From Fulvivirga ulvae (GTDB lineage: Bacteria > Bacteroidota > Bacteroidia > Cytophagales > Cyclobacteriaceae): 32,000 bases of DNA. Below are positions 6,162 through 15,579 of this stretch, piece after piece. A program made the translations under genes and the position numbers. The DNA is taken from NCBI RefSeq assembly GCF_021389975.1, contig NZ_CP089981.1, positions 2,992,199-3,024,198 on the forward strand, written 5' to 3'. The stretch's first letter is position 1, and each line of letters begins with the position of its first letter. The notes under the pieces are model-generated. The model was given only the letters and a program-made list of their open reading frames with translations, did no database searches and had not been told where the DNA came from.

Positions 6162-8432
6162 TTACTCGATCACAAGCCGTTGGGTAACTTCCGAAGAACC
6201 CTGGCTGAATTTAATTAAATAGAGTCCTTTTTTCAGGTGTGAAATAGTATGAGTATTTCTGTTTTTCACCTGGTCAGCCAGTTTGCCTTGTGCATCGTAT
6301 ATGCTGATTACATAATCTTCACCTTCGGTATAAGGAATATTGAAGGAAAGTAGGCCCGTCTTGTTTGGGTTAGGGTATACAGAGAAGCTATCGGGGCTTA
6401 ACCCTGACGGATCCGGGCCGGCAGCAGGCAGAGTTACCGTAAAGGAATTGCTCCATGCGCTGGTTTCGCTACTATTTTTTGCTCTTACTCTAAAGGTATA
6501 GCTGGTTGTAGATCCCTGCTTAGGGATCCACAAATAGTAAGTTGTAGAAGTACCCTGGGCTTGCCATGAGGACCCGGAGTATAGCTGAACATCGTAGCCT
6601 GTGGCTCCCGATACCAATCCCCACCCGGCATAAAACCCTGAAGCATAGGTGCCTGCAGAGCGAATGTTACCCGGTGTTGCAAGCGAATTTGATGAACCAG
6701 AAAAAGTAACTGTATAGTCTTCTGCTTCTCCGTCTCCTATATTTCCACAGGCAGCAGTGGGTGCACTGTTGTATTTCATTACCACGCGCATTCTTGTTGT
6801 ACCCGTGGCAGTGGAGCTTACCGTGAAATTGCCAGATACAGCCCCTGTCCCGTTAAGCCCGCTGATGACCAGTTCGGAAGCTTCAAACGTATTGTCCTTG
6901 TCATAATCAATCCATACTGACCAGTATTCGCGATATGAACTTCCTGAAAAACCAGGGGTAAGCACAACACTAACATTACTTCCAGCTGCAAGAGAGGCTG
7001 TTTGTGAAGTATAGTTGCCATATCCTGAATTGGAGCCTGAAGTATTTGAGAAACTCCCGATATTTACCTTATTGATATATTCATAAGATGCATTGCCTGA
7101 AATAGTACAATAAGAAGTTCCTCCTCCGGAGGTAGTAGCCGATGATGTATTGGAATACGATGAATAGGTGCTGCCAGAGTACGCCCTTACCCTGTAGGTA
7201 TAAGTAGTACTTGCACTCAGGCCGGTATTACTGTATGAAGTCGAATTTGCGCCTAAATTGGCAATCGTGCTATAGCTTCCACCACCAGAAGCCCTTTCAA
7301 TGGCAAAACCGGTTTCGTTGTTGGAGTTGTCATTCCAGGTGAGATTTATCTGTGATGATGACGCAGCTGTCGCTGATAAACCGGAAGGTGCTGTTACCGT
7401 GGTGCCGCCACCATCAGAGGTACCCGTTGCTATAAGGTTAGATTCCTGCCACAGCGGTTGTCTCGCCGGATGCTGAAGTGCAGCAAGCATCCTGTTAACC
7501 TGTCCCTGTGTATACATTTTATAGCATCCGCTGGCTCCGTTATAGCCCATATAGTTTTCATAGTTGATATATTGTCCGTAGCAATTAGTGGCCGGGGAAC
7601 AACCATTTGACGTACTTGAGTTCTCTGCCGGCGTGTCAGATACCTGATCGTTAGGAGAGGAGCATCCTCCTTCAAAAGTATGGATCAGATTAAGCCAATG
7701 ACCAAATTCATGAGTCAGTACTGAAGCAAATTCGTCATTTGTATTGCCATGGAGATAACGCCCGTTATAAACCACACGTGCAGTATTGTTATTCGACATG
7801 TAGGTGTTAGGGTACCAGGCTACACCAGAGTTGGTGGTGGAACCGTCGTTATACAAGTCGAGCTGAATATAGACGTTCATGTACTTGTAATTGTCCCAGG
7901 CATACTGCTGGATTTGAGAATCATAGCCACCACCGTTTCCAAAACCATTAAGTGCACCATAAAACTTCACTCCTGTAGTCGAATTTCCGTTGGGGTCAAT
8001 CTTGGCCAGCCTGAATTCAATGCTTAAAGATTGTTTTATTCCAGCAAACTGACTGTCCACTGTATTGAAGTCGCTGTTCAAACCCTGAAAATCCTCATTA
8101 AGCTTGAGAAGAGCCTGCTCCACTTTAGCTTGTGTTACCGTAGAGCCAGCGAAGTTTGTGCCGAATACATGAAACACTACGGGTATGATGTAAGTCGGGC
8201 TTGCGATCAGTGCTTCATTGTGGTCAATTTTGTTTTGGCGAAGCTGCTTTACATAGCTTTTGGTAAACTCTTCCAGTTTCTGATATTCCTGCATGGCTTC
8301 CGGTGAAGCTTGCAGTATTTGCTTGTTCATTTCCGATGCCTTACATTTTAGCGCACCGGGGTCAATTTGCGCAAAAGCCCCTAAGCTTAAGAGGCATAGT
8401 AAAATTACGATTAAAGGTTGTTTCTGTTTCAT
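6162..8432 (-). CDS. secreted M43 (pappalysin/cytophagalysin-like) zinc metalloprotease with FN3, GEVED and T9SS C-terminal sorting domains
   Basis: Signal peptide MKQKQPLIVILLCLLSLGAFAQ. Metzincin motif HEFGHWLNLIHTF at nt 7680-7712, with a downstream YENYMGY as a possible Met-turn. FN3-like segments (SQINLTWNDNSNNETGFAIER...YTYRVRAY and a second ...YTFRVRAKN). A GEVED-like ending GDGEAEDYTVTF. A terminal T9SS-type CTD (FSVYPNPNKTGLLSF...GLYLIKFSQGSSEVTQRLVIE). Confidence 0.85.
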   Translation of the reverse strand: MKQKQPLIVILLCLLSLGAFAQIDPGALKCKASEMNKQILQASPEAMQEYQKLEEFTKSYVKQLRQNKIDHNEALIASPTYIIPVVFHVFGTNFAGSTVTQAKVEQALLKLNEDFQGLNSDFNTVDSQFAGIKQSLSIEFRLAKIDPNGNSTTGVKFYGALNGFGNGGGYDSQIQQYAWDNYKYMNVYIQLDLYNDGSTTNSGVAWYPNTYMSNNNTARVVYNGRYLHGNTNDEFASVLTHEFGHWLNLIHTFEGGCSSPNDQVSDTPAENSSTSNGCSPATNCYGQYINYENYMGYNGASGCYKMYTQGQVNRMLAALQHPARQPLWQESNLIATGTSDGGGTTVTAPSGLSATAASSSQINLTWNDNSNNETGFAIERASGGGSYSTIANLGANSTSYSNTGLSASTTYTYRVRAYSGSTYSSYSNTSSATTSGGGTSYCTISGNASYEYINKVNIGSFSNTSGSNSGYGNYTSQTASLAAGSNVSVVLTPGFSGSSYREYWSVWIDYDKDNTFEASELVISGLNGTGAVSGNFTVSSTATGTTRMRVVMKYNSAPTAACGNIGDGEAEDYTVTFSGSSNSLATPGNIRSAGTYASGFYAGWGLVSGATGYDVQLYSGSSWQAQGTSTTYYLWIPKQGSTTSYTFRVRAKNSSETSAWSNSFTVTLPAAGPDPSGLSPDSFSVYPNPNKTGLLSFNIPYTEGEDYVISIYDAQGKLADQVKNRNTHTISHLKKGLYLIKFSQGSSEVTQRLVIE

Positions 8433-8865
8433 AGGTGTTCGTGTTGATGGTTAAAATTTGTGGTCTAGGTTGTTGCTGTATTGGCAATAGATTAACGAGT
8501 CCGAAATATTCCCGGGCTATATTAAGCTACTATAGACAATTGGAGGTTTTATGAACCCTGCTACTTTGCAGCAAGAAAAAGCTTGCAAAAGCAGAATAGG
8601 TATGACACTATCCTGGCCAGGTAACTATTAATTTGAGCCTGGTCAAATGATTAACGTGAAACTTTGAAAACGCTGTATTAGCAAAGTTAAGTAGGAGTAA
8701 ACACTATTGTAATCATTGGTCTTTTATTGGTTTAGATTGAACTTGTATTAAATATGATTACAATTTATGAGTAATTATTGAGCAGAGTTGATACTTTCTT
8801 AACCGATATTTATAGACTATTATCAAATTGTAAAAATTGTGTGAAGAGCGTGCATTGCCTGTAGC

Positions 8866-8914
8866 TTCAGGAGAACTCTGACAGGGTTCAAAACCCTGTC
8901 AGAGTTCTCCTGAA
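8866..8914 (-). terminator. perfect 23-bp inverted repeat (3-nt loop) overlapping the stop codon of the AraC-family gene
   Basis: TTCAGGAGAACTCTGACAGGGTT (8866-8888), loop CAA, AACCCTGTCAGAGTTCTCCTGAA (8892-8914), with exact complementarity. The stop codon (8899-8901) and part of the last five codons (SSGEL, 8902-8916) of the 8899-9813 gene lie in the right arm. There is no obvious U-tract on the minus strand afterwards. Confidence 0.45.
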
Positions 8915-9813
8915 CTATAAAATGATTGTCTGAATTGCAAGGGCGAAAAATTAGTCTTTGTTTTGAAAAATTTGCTGAAAGACTGCGGATGCTCGAAACC
9001 TAAGGTATAGGCTATTTCTGAGATCGTATCATCTGTAATCGAAAGCTTTTCTTTGGCGGCTGATATCAGCTTGTTATGTATATGCTGTTGGGCATTTTGC
9101 CCTGTAAGCGAGCGCAATAGGTCACTAAGGTAGCCTGGAGATAAATTTACCTGATCAGCCAGGTACTGGACTGTGGGCAATCCTTCGTTTAATGGCTTGG
9201 AATGGAGAAAGTAGTGATCTAAAGTTTCCTCTACCTTTTGCAGTAAATCATTATAAACGGCCTTATGTGTAATAAACTGGCGGTTATAAAACCGGTTGCT
9301 GTAATTTAATAATAACTCGATTTGAGATATGACCACGTCCTGACTGAACTTATCTATTCTCGCCTGCAGCTCATCATCAATAATTTTAAAGATGGACATA
9401 ATCGTTTCCTTTTCATGAGCTGACAAATGCAATGCCTCATTGGCGGCATATGAAAAGAAGCCATATTGTTTGATCTTTTTTGCTAATGGATAAGTGAGCA
9501 GGAAATCCGGATGAATAAAAAAAATATACCCTGTACCCGAGCTTTTAGGGGTTTCAAAAACCTGGTATGGAGAAGTAAAAATCAATCCACCTTCACCGAA
9601 ATCATAATAATTTTGACCATACCTGGCCTGTCCGCATAAATTGGTCTTGTAGGCGATCTTATAAAAGTCCAGAATGAAGTGATCAAAAACATCGGCTGGA
9701 ATAACAATGTCTTCCATATTCACAAAACTTATCAACGGATGCAATGGCTGAGGCAAGCCAAATGCTCTGTGAAAATCAGACAGCGATTCAAACTTTCTGG
9801 GTGTATTCATCAC
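8899..9813 (-). CDS. AraC family transcriptional regulator
   Basis: C-terminal dual-HTH region typical of AraC/XylS (VQYLADQVNLSPGYLSDLLRSLTG...ISEIAYTLGFEHPQSFSKFFKTKTNFSPLQFR). The N-terminal region is non-DNA-binding. Confidence 0.85.
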   Translation of the reverse strand: MMNTPRKFESLSDFHRAFGLPQPLHPLISFVNMEDIVIPADVFDHFILDFYKIAYKTNLCGQARYGQNYYDFGEGGLIFTSPYQVFETPKSSGTGYIFFIHPDFLLTYPLAKKIKQYGFFSYAANEALHLSAHEKETIMSIFKIIDDELQARIDKFSQDVVISQIELLLNYSNRFYNRQFITHKAVYNDLLQKVEETLDHYFLHSKPLNEGLPTVQYLADQVNLSPGYLSDLLRSLTGQNAQQHIHNKLISAAKEKLSITDDTISEIAYTLGFEHPQSFSKFFKTKTNFSPLQFRQSFYSSGEL

Positions 9814-9962
9814 TTATTCATTATCTGATAATGTTATGACCATTTTCCGTTTGGAGATCAGATATCCCTCCGAAAATAAGAAAATAAAAGCAATCAAAGG
9901 AGAGGTTGGCAAGCCAAATAAGTAGCCGCCATCCTCCCCTTTTAAGGCCGCACGTTTCAGGT

Positions 9963-11000
9963 TTACGCCTGCCAGTCCCTAGAAAAGGGGCCGGAGGTAT
10001 CGCTGGAGGCGGATTCCCGGGCAATGATCGCCCTTAGTTTTGCAATGTCTTCATCGGTTCGGTTGCCATGAATTTCAATGCTGGCAAGCTCCGTTTCTAT
10101 TTTGCTGAACTCATCGTCTGATAACACAACATCCGTGGCATGCAGGTTCTCAGAGATTCTGTCAAGCTTACGCGAGCCGGGAATAGGAACAAGAAAGTCA
10201 TACTTATGCAGCATCCATGCCAGTGAAATTTGTGCAGGCGTTGCATTTTTTGCCTCAGCAAACTGACGGAGCAGACTAAGTAATGGCTGATTGGCGATTT
10301 GATTTTCTTTATAAAAACGTGATATAACCCTTCTGGCATCAATACCTGTATACTCAGTTTGCGGGTCAACCTTGCCCGATAGAAAACCATTGGCCAAAGG
10401 AGAAAAAGCCATAAAGCCAATATTCTGATCTTTGCATAACGGAAGTACCCCCTTTTCAAAGGTCCGCTCCATCATAGAATATTCACTTTCAATAGCGGTC
10501 AGCGGAGTTACCAAATGTGCTTGCAGAACCTGGTCAGCATTGGCCTGCGACAAGCCCCAACCACCAATTTTACCCTCTTTGATAAACTCAGCCATACAAT
10601 AGGCAACATCCTCCAATGGAATGCTGTCATTGACCCGCGCCTGGGTGTATAGCTCAATGTGGTCCGTATTGAGTCTTTTCAGCGAGTTTTCAAGGCGAGT
10701 CCTCAGCTCCTGCATTAATTGCTTTGAGGTGCCTTCCCATTTTCCCGGTATCCAGAATTTGGTGGATATGACCACATCATTTCTTACGCCTTTTAAAGCC
10801 TCGCCCAGCAATTCTTCATTTACACCGTCAACGCCGTAAAATTCGGCGGTATTAAAAAGGGTACATCCCATATCACAGGCTGCACGGATTAACCGGAGCG
10901 ATTCATCTTTTCCGGGAGCTTCCCCATATCCCATGCTAAGCCCCATACACCCATAACCGATCGCAGATACTTCCAGATCTCTTAATTTCCTTTTTTGCAT
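9963..11000 (-). CDS. aldo/keto reductase family oxidoreductase
   Basis: 345 aa with typical AKR features: LEVSAIGYGCMGLS, FNTAEFYG, DHIELYTQARVN, GWGLSQA, IPGSRKLDRISENL. Confidence 0.85.
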   Translation of the reverse strand: MQKRKLRDLEVSAIGYGCMGLSMGYGEAPGKDESLRLIRAACDMGCTLFNTAEFYGVDGVNEELLGEALKGVRNDVVISTKFWIPGKWEGTSKQLMQELRTRLENSLKRLNTDHIELYTQARVNDSIPLEDVAYCMAEFIKEGKIGGWGLSQANADQVLQAHLVTPLTAIESEYSMMERTFEKGVLPLCKDQNIGFMAFSPLANGFLSGKVDPQTEYTGIDARRVISRFYKENQIANQPLLSLLRQFAEAKNATPAQISLAWMLHKYDFLVPIPGSRKLDRISENLHATDVVLSDDEFSKIETELASIEIHGNRTDEDIAKLRAIIARESASSDTSGPFSRDWQA

Positions 11001-11177
11001 CTCTTTTTTGTTTAGTGAGATACAAAGGTCAGGTGCAGTTACTTGAGGTTCGTAGCCGGATTGAGGAAGTATGAAGCCAAAATGATGGAATACTTAATGT
11101 GGATTGTTGTTAGCGCCAGTTAACTTCCCAGATCACCACTTAGCGATCATCCCTTTACTATTTCAGCAAGCTACAAA

Positions 11178-12203
11178 TCAAGTCTCCCTTAGAGCCCTGG
11201 TAGTACCCCTCAAAACCAATTTGGTATCCAGTGTTACAGTCCTTGAGGCACCATTATACCCTTTGATCTGATCAATTAAAAGTTTGGCAGCGCATTTGCC
11301 CATTTCATGTGAGGGCTGCGCAACAGTAGTCAAAGCAGGTTCCACCAGGGCAGAGACCGGATCGTCAGTAAAGCCAATGATCGAAATGTCTTCCGGAATT
11401 TTGAAACCGTGTTGTTTAACAACCTGCATCGCCTGAAGTGCGACGGGATCGTTGACACAGAATATTCCATCTGGTTTTTCTTTAAGGGCCAGCAGCTTAT
11501 CAGTTGCGTTACCGGCATCATCTCTAAGTGAGTTGCAGTGTACAATCAGGTTTTCATCGGGAGTAATGCCACAGACCCGTAAGGCTTTGAAGTAGCCGTC
11601 CATACGTTTGTTGCTTATTGCCAGGTTTTTCGGGCCGGCAAGGTAAGCTATTCTTCTGCACCCGGTATCTACCAGATATTTTACAGCTTTAAAAGCTCCA
11701 TCCATGTCGCTCACATTTACTTTGGAGGTATCTATGTCGTCACTTATTCTGTCAAACAAAACCAATGGGATATTTTTTCGCTGCACCCTGAGCAAATGCT
11801 CCATATCTTCAGTCTCCCTCGAAAGCGAGATCAGTAGTCCGTCTACACGGCTGGCGATAAGCGTTTTGAGGTTGTTGAGCTCCGTTTGATAGTTTTCATT
11901 CGATTGGCAGAACAGAACATTGTAATTAACCTCAGAGGCCACTTCCTGAATACCACTCACAATAGAACTGAAAAAATGTACTTCAACGTCTGGTACTATA
12001 ATACCAATAGTGTTTGTACGGTTGATACGCAGGCTCTGTGCTATCAGGTTAGGTTCATAATTAAGCTGACTGGCCATTTCCAGTACTTTTTTCTTGGTTT
12101 CCGGGTTAACATCAGCCATGCCGCGCATTGCCCTAGAAACTGTAGAAATTGAAATGTTGAGTTTTAATGCAATATCCCTGATCGTTACCTGTCCTTTCCC
12201 CAT
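11178..12203 (-). CDS. LacI family transcriptional regulator
   Basis: N-terminal HTH VTIRDIALKLNISISTVSRAMRG...PETKKKVLEMASQLNYEPNLIAQSLR, followed by a periplasmic-binding-protein-like sugar-binding core. It is divergent from the SusC operon. Confidence 0.9.
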   Translation of the reverse strand: MGKGQVTIRDIALKLNISISTVSRAMRGMADVNPETKKKVLEMASQLNYEPNLIAQSLRINRTNTIGIIVPDVEVHFFSSIVSGIQEVASEVNYNVLFCQSNENYQTELNNLKTLIASRVDGLLISLSRETEDMEHLLRVQRKNIPLVLFDRISDDIDTSKVNVSDMDGAFKAVKYLVDTGCRRIAYLAGPKNLAISNKRMDGYFKALRVCGITPDENLIVHCNSLRDDAGNATDKLLALKEKPDGIFCVNDPVALQAMQVVKQHGFKIPEDISIIGFTDDPVSALVEPALTTVAQPSHEMGKCAAKLLIDQIKGYNGASRTVTLDTKLVLRGTTRALRET

Positions 12204-12276
12204 AATTTTGAAGCCCGTTTGTTAAGAAATCTAAAAGCGAATATTATTTAATAATCTGAACTTTTAGTGTTCTATC

Positions 12277-12284
12277 CAAAGATA
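12277..12284 (-). promoter_or_regulatory. candidate -7 box (TATCTTTG on minus strand) for the LacI-family gene
   Basis: Plus-strand CAAAGATA reads TATCTTTG on the minus strand, matching TAnnTTTG. It lies about 74 nt upstream of the ATG at 12203. Confidence 0.25.
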
Positions 12285-12480
12285 AAATAATTTCTGCAAT
12301 CGTTACCGGAATCGTTTTCTTCATTCTCGACCAGCTAAATCCTTGTAAATCAATTTATGAATGCCAATATTCAAACATCACTTCATAAGTGAACTCATTA
12401 GATCTGGCCAATCTATCATCGTACAGTGACATCTTTTTTAGATGCTACCACTGCTATGTTTTATCAAAAATTATTTACTA

Positions 12481-15400
12481 ATGGAAAAATTTATACTAGG
12501 ATGTATTACCCTGTTGTGCCTTGTTACTGCAAACGTGTGCGCTCAGGATACTGATGAAATATCAGTAACCGGAGTAGTTACCGATGCAGAAGGTGGTGCA
12601 ACATTGCCGGGAGTGACGGTGCTGGAAAAAGGCACCTCAAACGGGTCCATTACAGATGCTAATGGAAATTACTCATTAAGGGTAAGTAAAGGAGCGAGCA
12701 TTATATTCAGCTTCATCGGTTATGTGCAGGAGGAGGTATCTGTGAGTGCAAGATCAGTGATTGATGTTGCCCTTACCCCGGATATCAAGCAATTGCAGGA
12801 AGTTGTGGTTGTGGGTTATGGTACTCAGAAAAAAAGTGATGTAACGGGTGCTATCAGTACAGTAAAAAGTGAGGATATCACCAAAGTAGTTACTCCCAAC
12901 CCTACAGAAGCATTACAGGGAAGGGTTTCAGGAGTTAATGTAACCCAATCTTCAGGAAGTCCTGGTGCAGCGGTAGATGTTACTATCAGAGGTATTGGCA
13001 GTTTTGGAAACAATCAGCCCCTTTACATCATTGATGGTGTGCAGGCCGATCCTTACTACATTGATCCCGCCAATATTGAGTCTATCGAAGTGCTTAAAGA
13101 TGTGGCTTCAAGTGCTATTTACGGTACCAGGGCAGCAAATGGTGTCATCATCATTACCACCAAAGAAGGGAAAAAAGGCAAGCCTCAAATCGAGATCGGG
13201 TCATCTTACAGCATCAATACTGTTAGAAACGAAATGGAGCTGCTGGATGCCGAGGGCTATAGAAAAGTACATACACAAATGTATGAAAATGCCGGAGTCG
13301 CATTGCCTCAGTATTTGCAAAACCCATCCAATATCAACACAGACTGGGTTGATGAAACCCATCGGGAAGGAGCATTGCAGATGTATAACGTTCGTATAAG
13401 TGGTGCAAGTGAAAATATTGATTATAGCCTGAGTGGTAACCTGGCCGACGAAACCGGTATTCTGATCGGTTCCGAATTCAACAAAAAAGGTTTGAATGCT
13501 AACGTAGGGCTTAAGTATAATAAGTTAAAGGTCAATACGAACCTTACTTATAGTGAAACCTACAGGGAGCAACATAAATTCTCCGTTCGTGAAACCTATT
13601 TTATTTCACCTTTGATCCCCGTATTTGACAATTCAAAACCCTCTGGCTTTGGTTACAGAGATGGCGACTTGCCTGACCACCGCAACCCCGTAGGTGAAGA
13701 TGCGCTTATCGACAATTATACCAGGACGAAATATTTCTTAGGTAATGTAGGCTTCAACTATCAGATCATTGAAAACCTTCATGCCAACGCCAATTTTGCC
13801 TTGGCTAATCTTGCTACTTATTCGTATGCCTTTCACCCACCTTTTAAGGTGAGAGACATTGACGACAACCCCGAGAACGAATACTCTTTTGTTTCAGAAT
13901 ATAACAGCGAGTTCAGAAGACTGAACCAGGAATACACTTTAAACTACAAGTTCGAAATAGGCAAAAGCGCCTTTGAACTTCTCACTGGATACCAAAGAAT
14001 TAACGAACCGTTTAAAGAAACCTATGTTCAGGCTGAAGGATACAAGCTCGATGAGAATGGAGATAAAGTCCCCGCCGTTATACTAGACCCCAATTTTAAC
14101 ACCCTGGATGCCTTCAATGATGGCACTTATTCCGGTAGCGGCACCAATGCAGAGTATAGCCTGGTATCGCAGTTTGGAAGGGTCAACTATGCGTATGATG
14201 GCAAGTACCTGTTCCAGGCCAGTGTGCGTCGCGACGGCAGCTCTAGATTTGGTAAAAACAACAAGTATGGCGTTTTCCCCTCTTTTGCACTGGGCTGGAA
14301 GATCATAGATGAAGGGTTTATGAAAGATCAGACCATTTTTGACTTCCTTAAGCTTAGATATAGCTGGGGGCAGGCAGGTAATGACAGTGCATTGGGATAC
14401 TATGACTATGTAGCACTGATAGCCCAGGGTAAAAGCCAGGACAATGGCGGATACGTATTTGGGAACCCACAGACATCATACCAGGGAAGTATTGCCAGAG
14501 ACCTGCAAAATGATGACTTGCAGTGGGAAACCAACATCGCCTCAAACTTTGGTATCGACTTTTCCTCAATGGAGTCACGCCTTACCGGAGCTATCAATTA
14601 CTACAGAAGTACCACCAAAGATCTGCTGATCACCAAAGAAGTGTCACCTTCTTCCGGAGTAAGAAACCCAGTGGTAAACGTTGGGGAGTTTCAAAACAGC
14701 GGTTTTGAGTTTGAGTTGGGGTATAGAAACAATGACAAAGAGATTAAGTACAGTGCCTTTGCAACATTTACTACTATCAACAGTGAAGTAACTAAACTAA
14801 GCAATGAAAGCCAGGTGCTTTATGGTACCGGACTCTTGTTTGGTTCCGACCACTTTGTAAACCAGACCCGGGTGGGTTATGAGCCGGGAGCTTACTTCCT
14901 GCCGGTGGCTGATGGAATCTTCCAAAACCAGGCCGAGATAGAAGCACATAGTGTAAATGGTCAGCTCATCCAGCCAGATGCTCAACCCGGAGATATAAGA
15001 TTTGTAGACCAGGACGGAAATGGAGTTATTGATGCCGATGACGAAATCTACCAGGGTACAGCCATCCCGAAATTTGAGTATAGCATTAACCTTTCTGCCG
15101 AATATAAAGGTTTCGATATCAATGTTTTCCTTCAGGGAGTAGGTGGTAATAAGATTTATAACGGTAACAACTTCAGGCTGTTGAGCATGGACACCGGCAG
15201 AAATTTCAGGACAGAAACATTGAATGCCTGGACACCTGAAAATCCCGATACCGATATGCCTCGAGCTATATTGGGAGACCCCAACAGAAACAACAGGGCC
15301 TCAACAAGATTTTTGGAAGATGGGGATTACCTCAGGGTAAAAACCGTGCAACTAGGCTATTCGGTACCTTCAGAGTTACTTGAAAACATCAAGATCAACC

Positions 15401-15558
15401 GCGTGAGATTATATGTGACGGGGCAGAACCTGTTCACCTTTACTAAGTACGAGGGACTTGACCCCGAAGTTGGCGGAAGCATACTATCAAGAGGGTTGGA
15501 CCTGGATCTGTATCCTAAATACAAGTCAGTAATCTTTGGTCTTCAGGTTCAATTTTAG
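12481..15558 (+). CDS. susC: SusC/RagA family TonB-linked outer membrane protein
   Basis: I prefer the ATG at 12481 (MEKFILGCITLLCLVTANVCAQ signal peptide) over 12442. The protein has a CarboxypepD_reg-like N-domain (ISVTGVVTDAEGGATLPGVTVLEKGT..ITDANGNYSL), a TonB-box/plug region (EVVVVGYGTQKKSDVTGAIS) and a C-terminal barrel ending ...FGLQVQF. SusD lies immediately downstream. Confidence 0.9.
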   Translation: MEKFILGCITLLCLVTANVCAQDTDEISVTGVVTDAEGGATLPGVTVLEKGTSNGSITDANGNYSLRVSKGASIIFSFIGYVQEEVSVSARSVIDVALTPDIKQLQEVVVVGYGTQKKSDVTGAISTVKSEDITKVVTPNPTEALQGRVSGVNVTQSSGSPGAAVDVTIRGIGSFGNNQPLYIIDGVQADPYYIDPANIESIEVLKDVASSAIYGTRAANGVIIITTKEGKKGKPQIEIGSSYSINTVRNEMELLDAEGYRKVHTQMYENAGVALPQYLQNPSNINTDWVDETHREGALQMYNVRISGASENIDYSLSGNLADETGILIGSEFNKKGLNANVGLKYNKLKVNTNLTYSETYREQHKFSVRETYFISPLIPVFDNSKPSGFGYRDGDLPDHRNPVGEDALIDNYTRTKYFLGNVGFNYQIIENLHANANFALANLATYSYAFHPPFKVRDIDDNPENEYSFVSEYNSEFRRLNQEYTLNYKFEIGKSAFELLTGYQRINEPFKETYVQAEGYKLDENGDKVPAVILDPNFNTLDAFNDGTYSGSGTNAEYSLVSQFGRVNYAYDGKYLFQASVRRDGSSRFGKNNKYGVFPSFALGWKIIDEGFMKDQTIFDFLKLRYSWGQAGNDSALGYYDYVALIAQGKSQDNGGYVFGNPQTSYQGSIARDLQNDDLQWETNIASNFGIDFSSMESRLTGAINYYRSTTKDLLITKEVSPSSGVRNPVVNVGEFQNSGFEFELGYRNNDKEIKYSAFATFTTINSEVTKLSNESQVLYGTGLLFGSDHFVNQTRVGYEPGAYFLPVADGIFQNQAEIEAHSVNGQLIQPDAQPGDIRFVDQDGNGVIDADDEIYQGTAIPKFEYSINLSAEYKGFDINVFLQGVGGNKIYNGNNFRLLSMDTGRNFRTETLNAWTPENPDTDMPRAILGDPNRNNRASTRFLEDGDYLRVKTVQLGYSVPSELLENIKINRVRLYVTGQNLFTFTKYEGLDPEVGGSILSRGLDLDLYPKYKSVIFGLQVQF

Positions 15559-15579
15559 AACACTTAAAATATTTGGAAC

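Noticed and set aside
6400-7400. Ser/Thr/Gly-rich coding stretch that could be mistaken for a DNA tandem repeat.
   Set aside because: By eye the nucleotide sequence is not periodic. The pattern is explained by divergent FN3/GEVED domains and S/T/G-rich linkers in the protease.
6162-8432. The M43 protease as the collagen-degrading front end of the proposed Glc-Gal-Hyl locus.
   Set aside because: It is on the opposite strand in a separate transcription unit, with an AraC/AKR pair in between. M43 is not a known collagenase family (M9 and U32 are). Nothing in the sequence supports substrate specificity.
8706-8764. 11-bp inverted repeat (ATTGTAATCAT / ATGATTACAAT) separated by 37 nt.
   Set aside because: The arms are short and AT-rich in an AT-rich region, with wide spacing and no adjacent start site. 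This is near chance expectation, so it is mentioned only within the intergenic-region finding.
9821-10024. 67-aa minus-strand ORF spanning the AKR 3' end and the AKR/AraC spacer.
   Set aside because: It overlaps the well-supported aldo/keto reductase in another frame. The Pro/Gly-rich translation looks like an artefact.
12442-12480. Upstream extensions of ORF-track starts: susC 12442, galK 27901, galT 29124, 4HB protein 5397, secreted protein 31846.
   Set aside because: Internal ATGs give canonical N-termini: signal peptides for SusC and the secreted protein, the conserved galactokinase and GalT N-termini, and TM1 for the 4HB protein. They also remove long overlaps with upstream genes.
12977-13399. 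140-aa same-strand alternate-frame ORF inside susC.
   Set aside because: The SusC frame is continuous and motif-rich across this region, and there is no sign of a frameshift.
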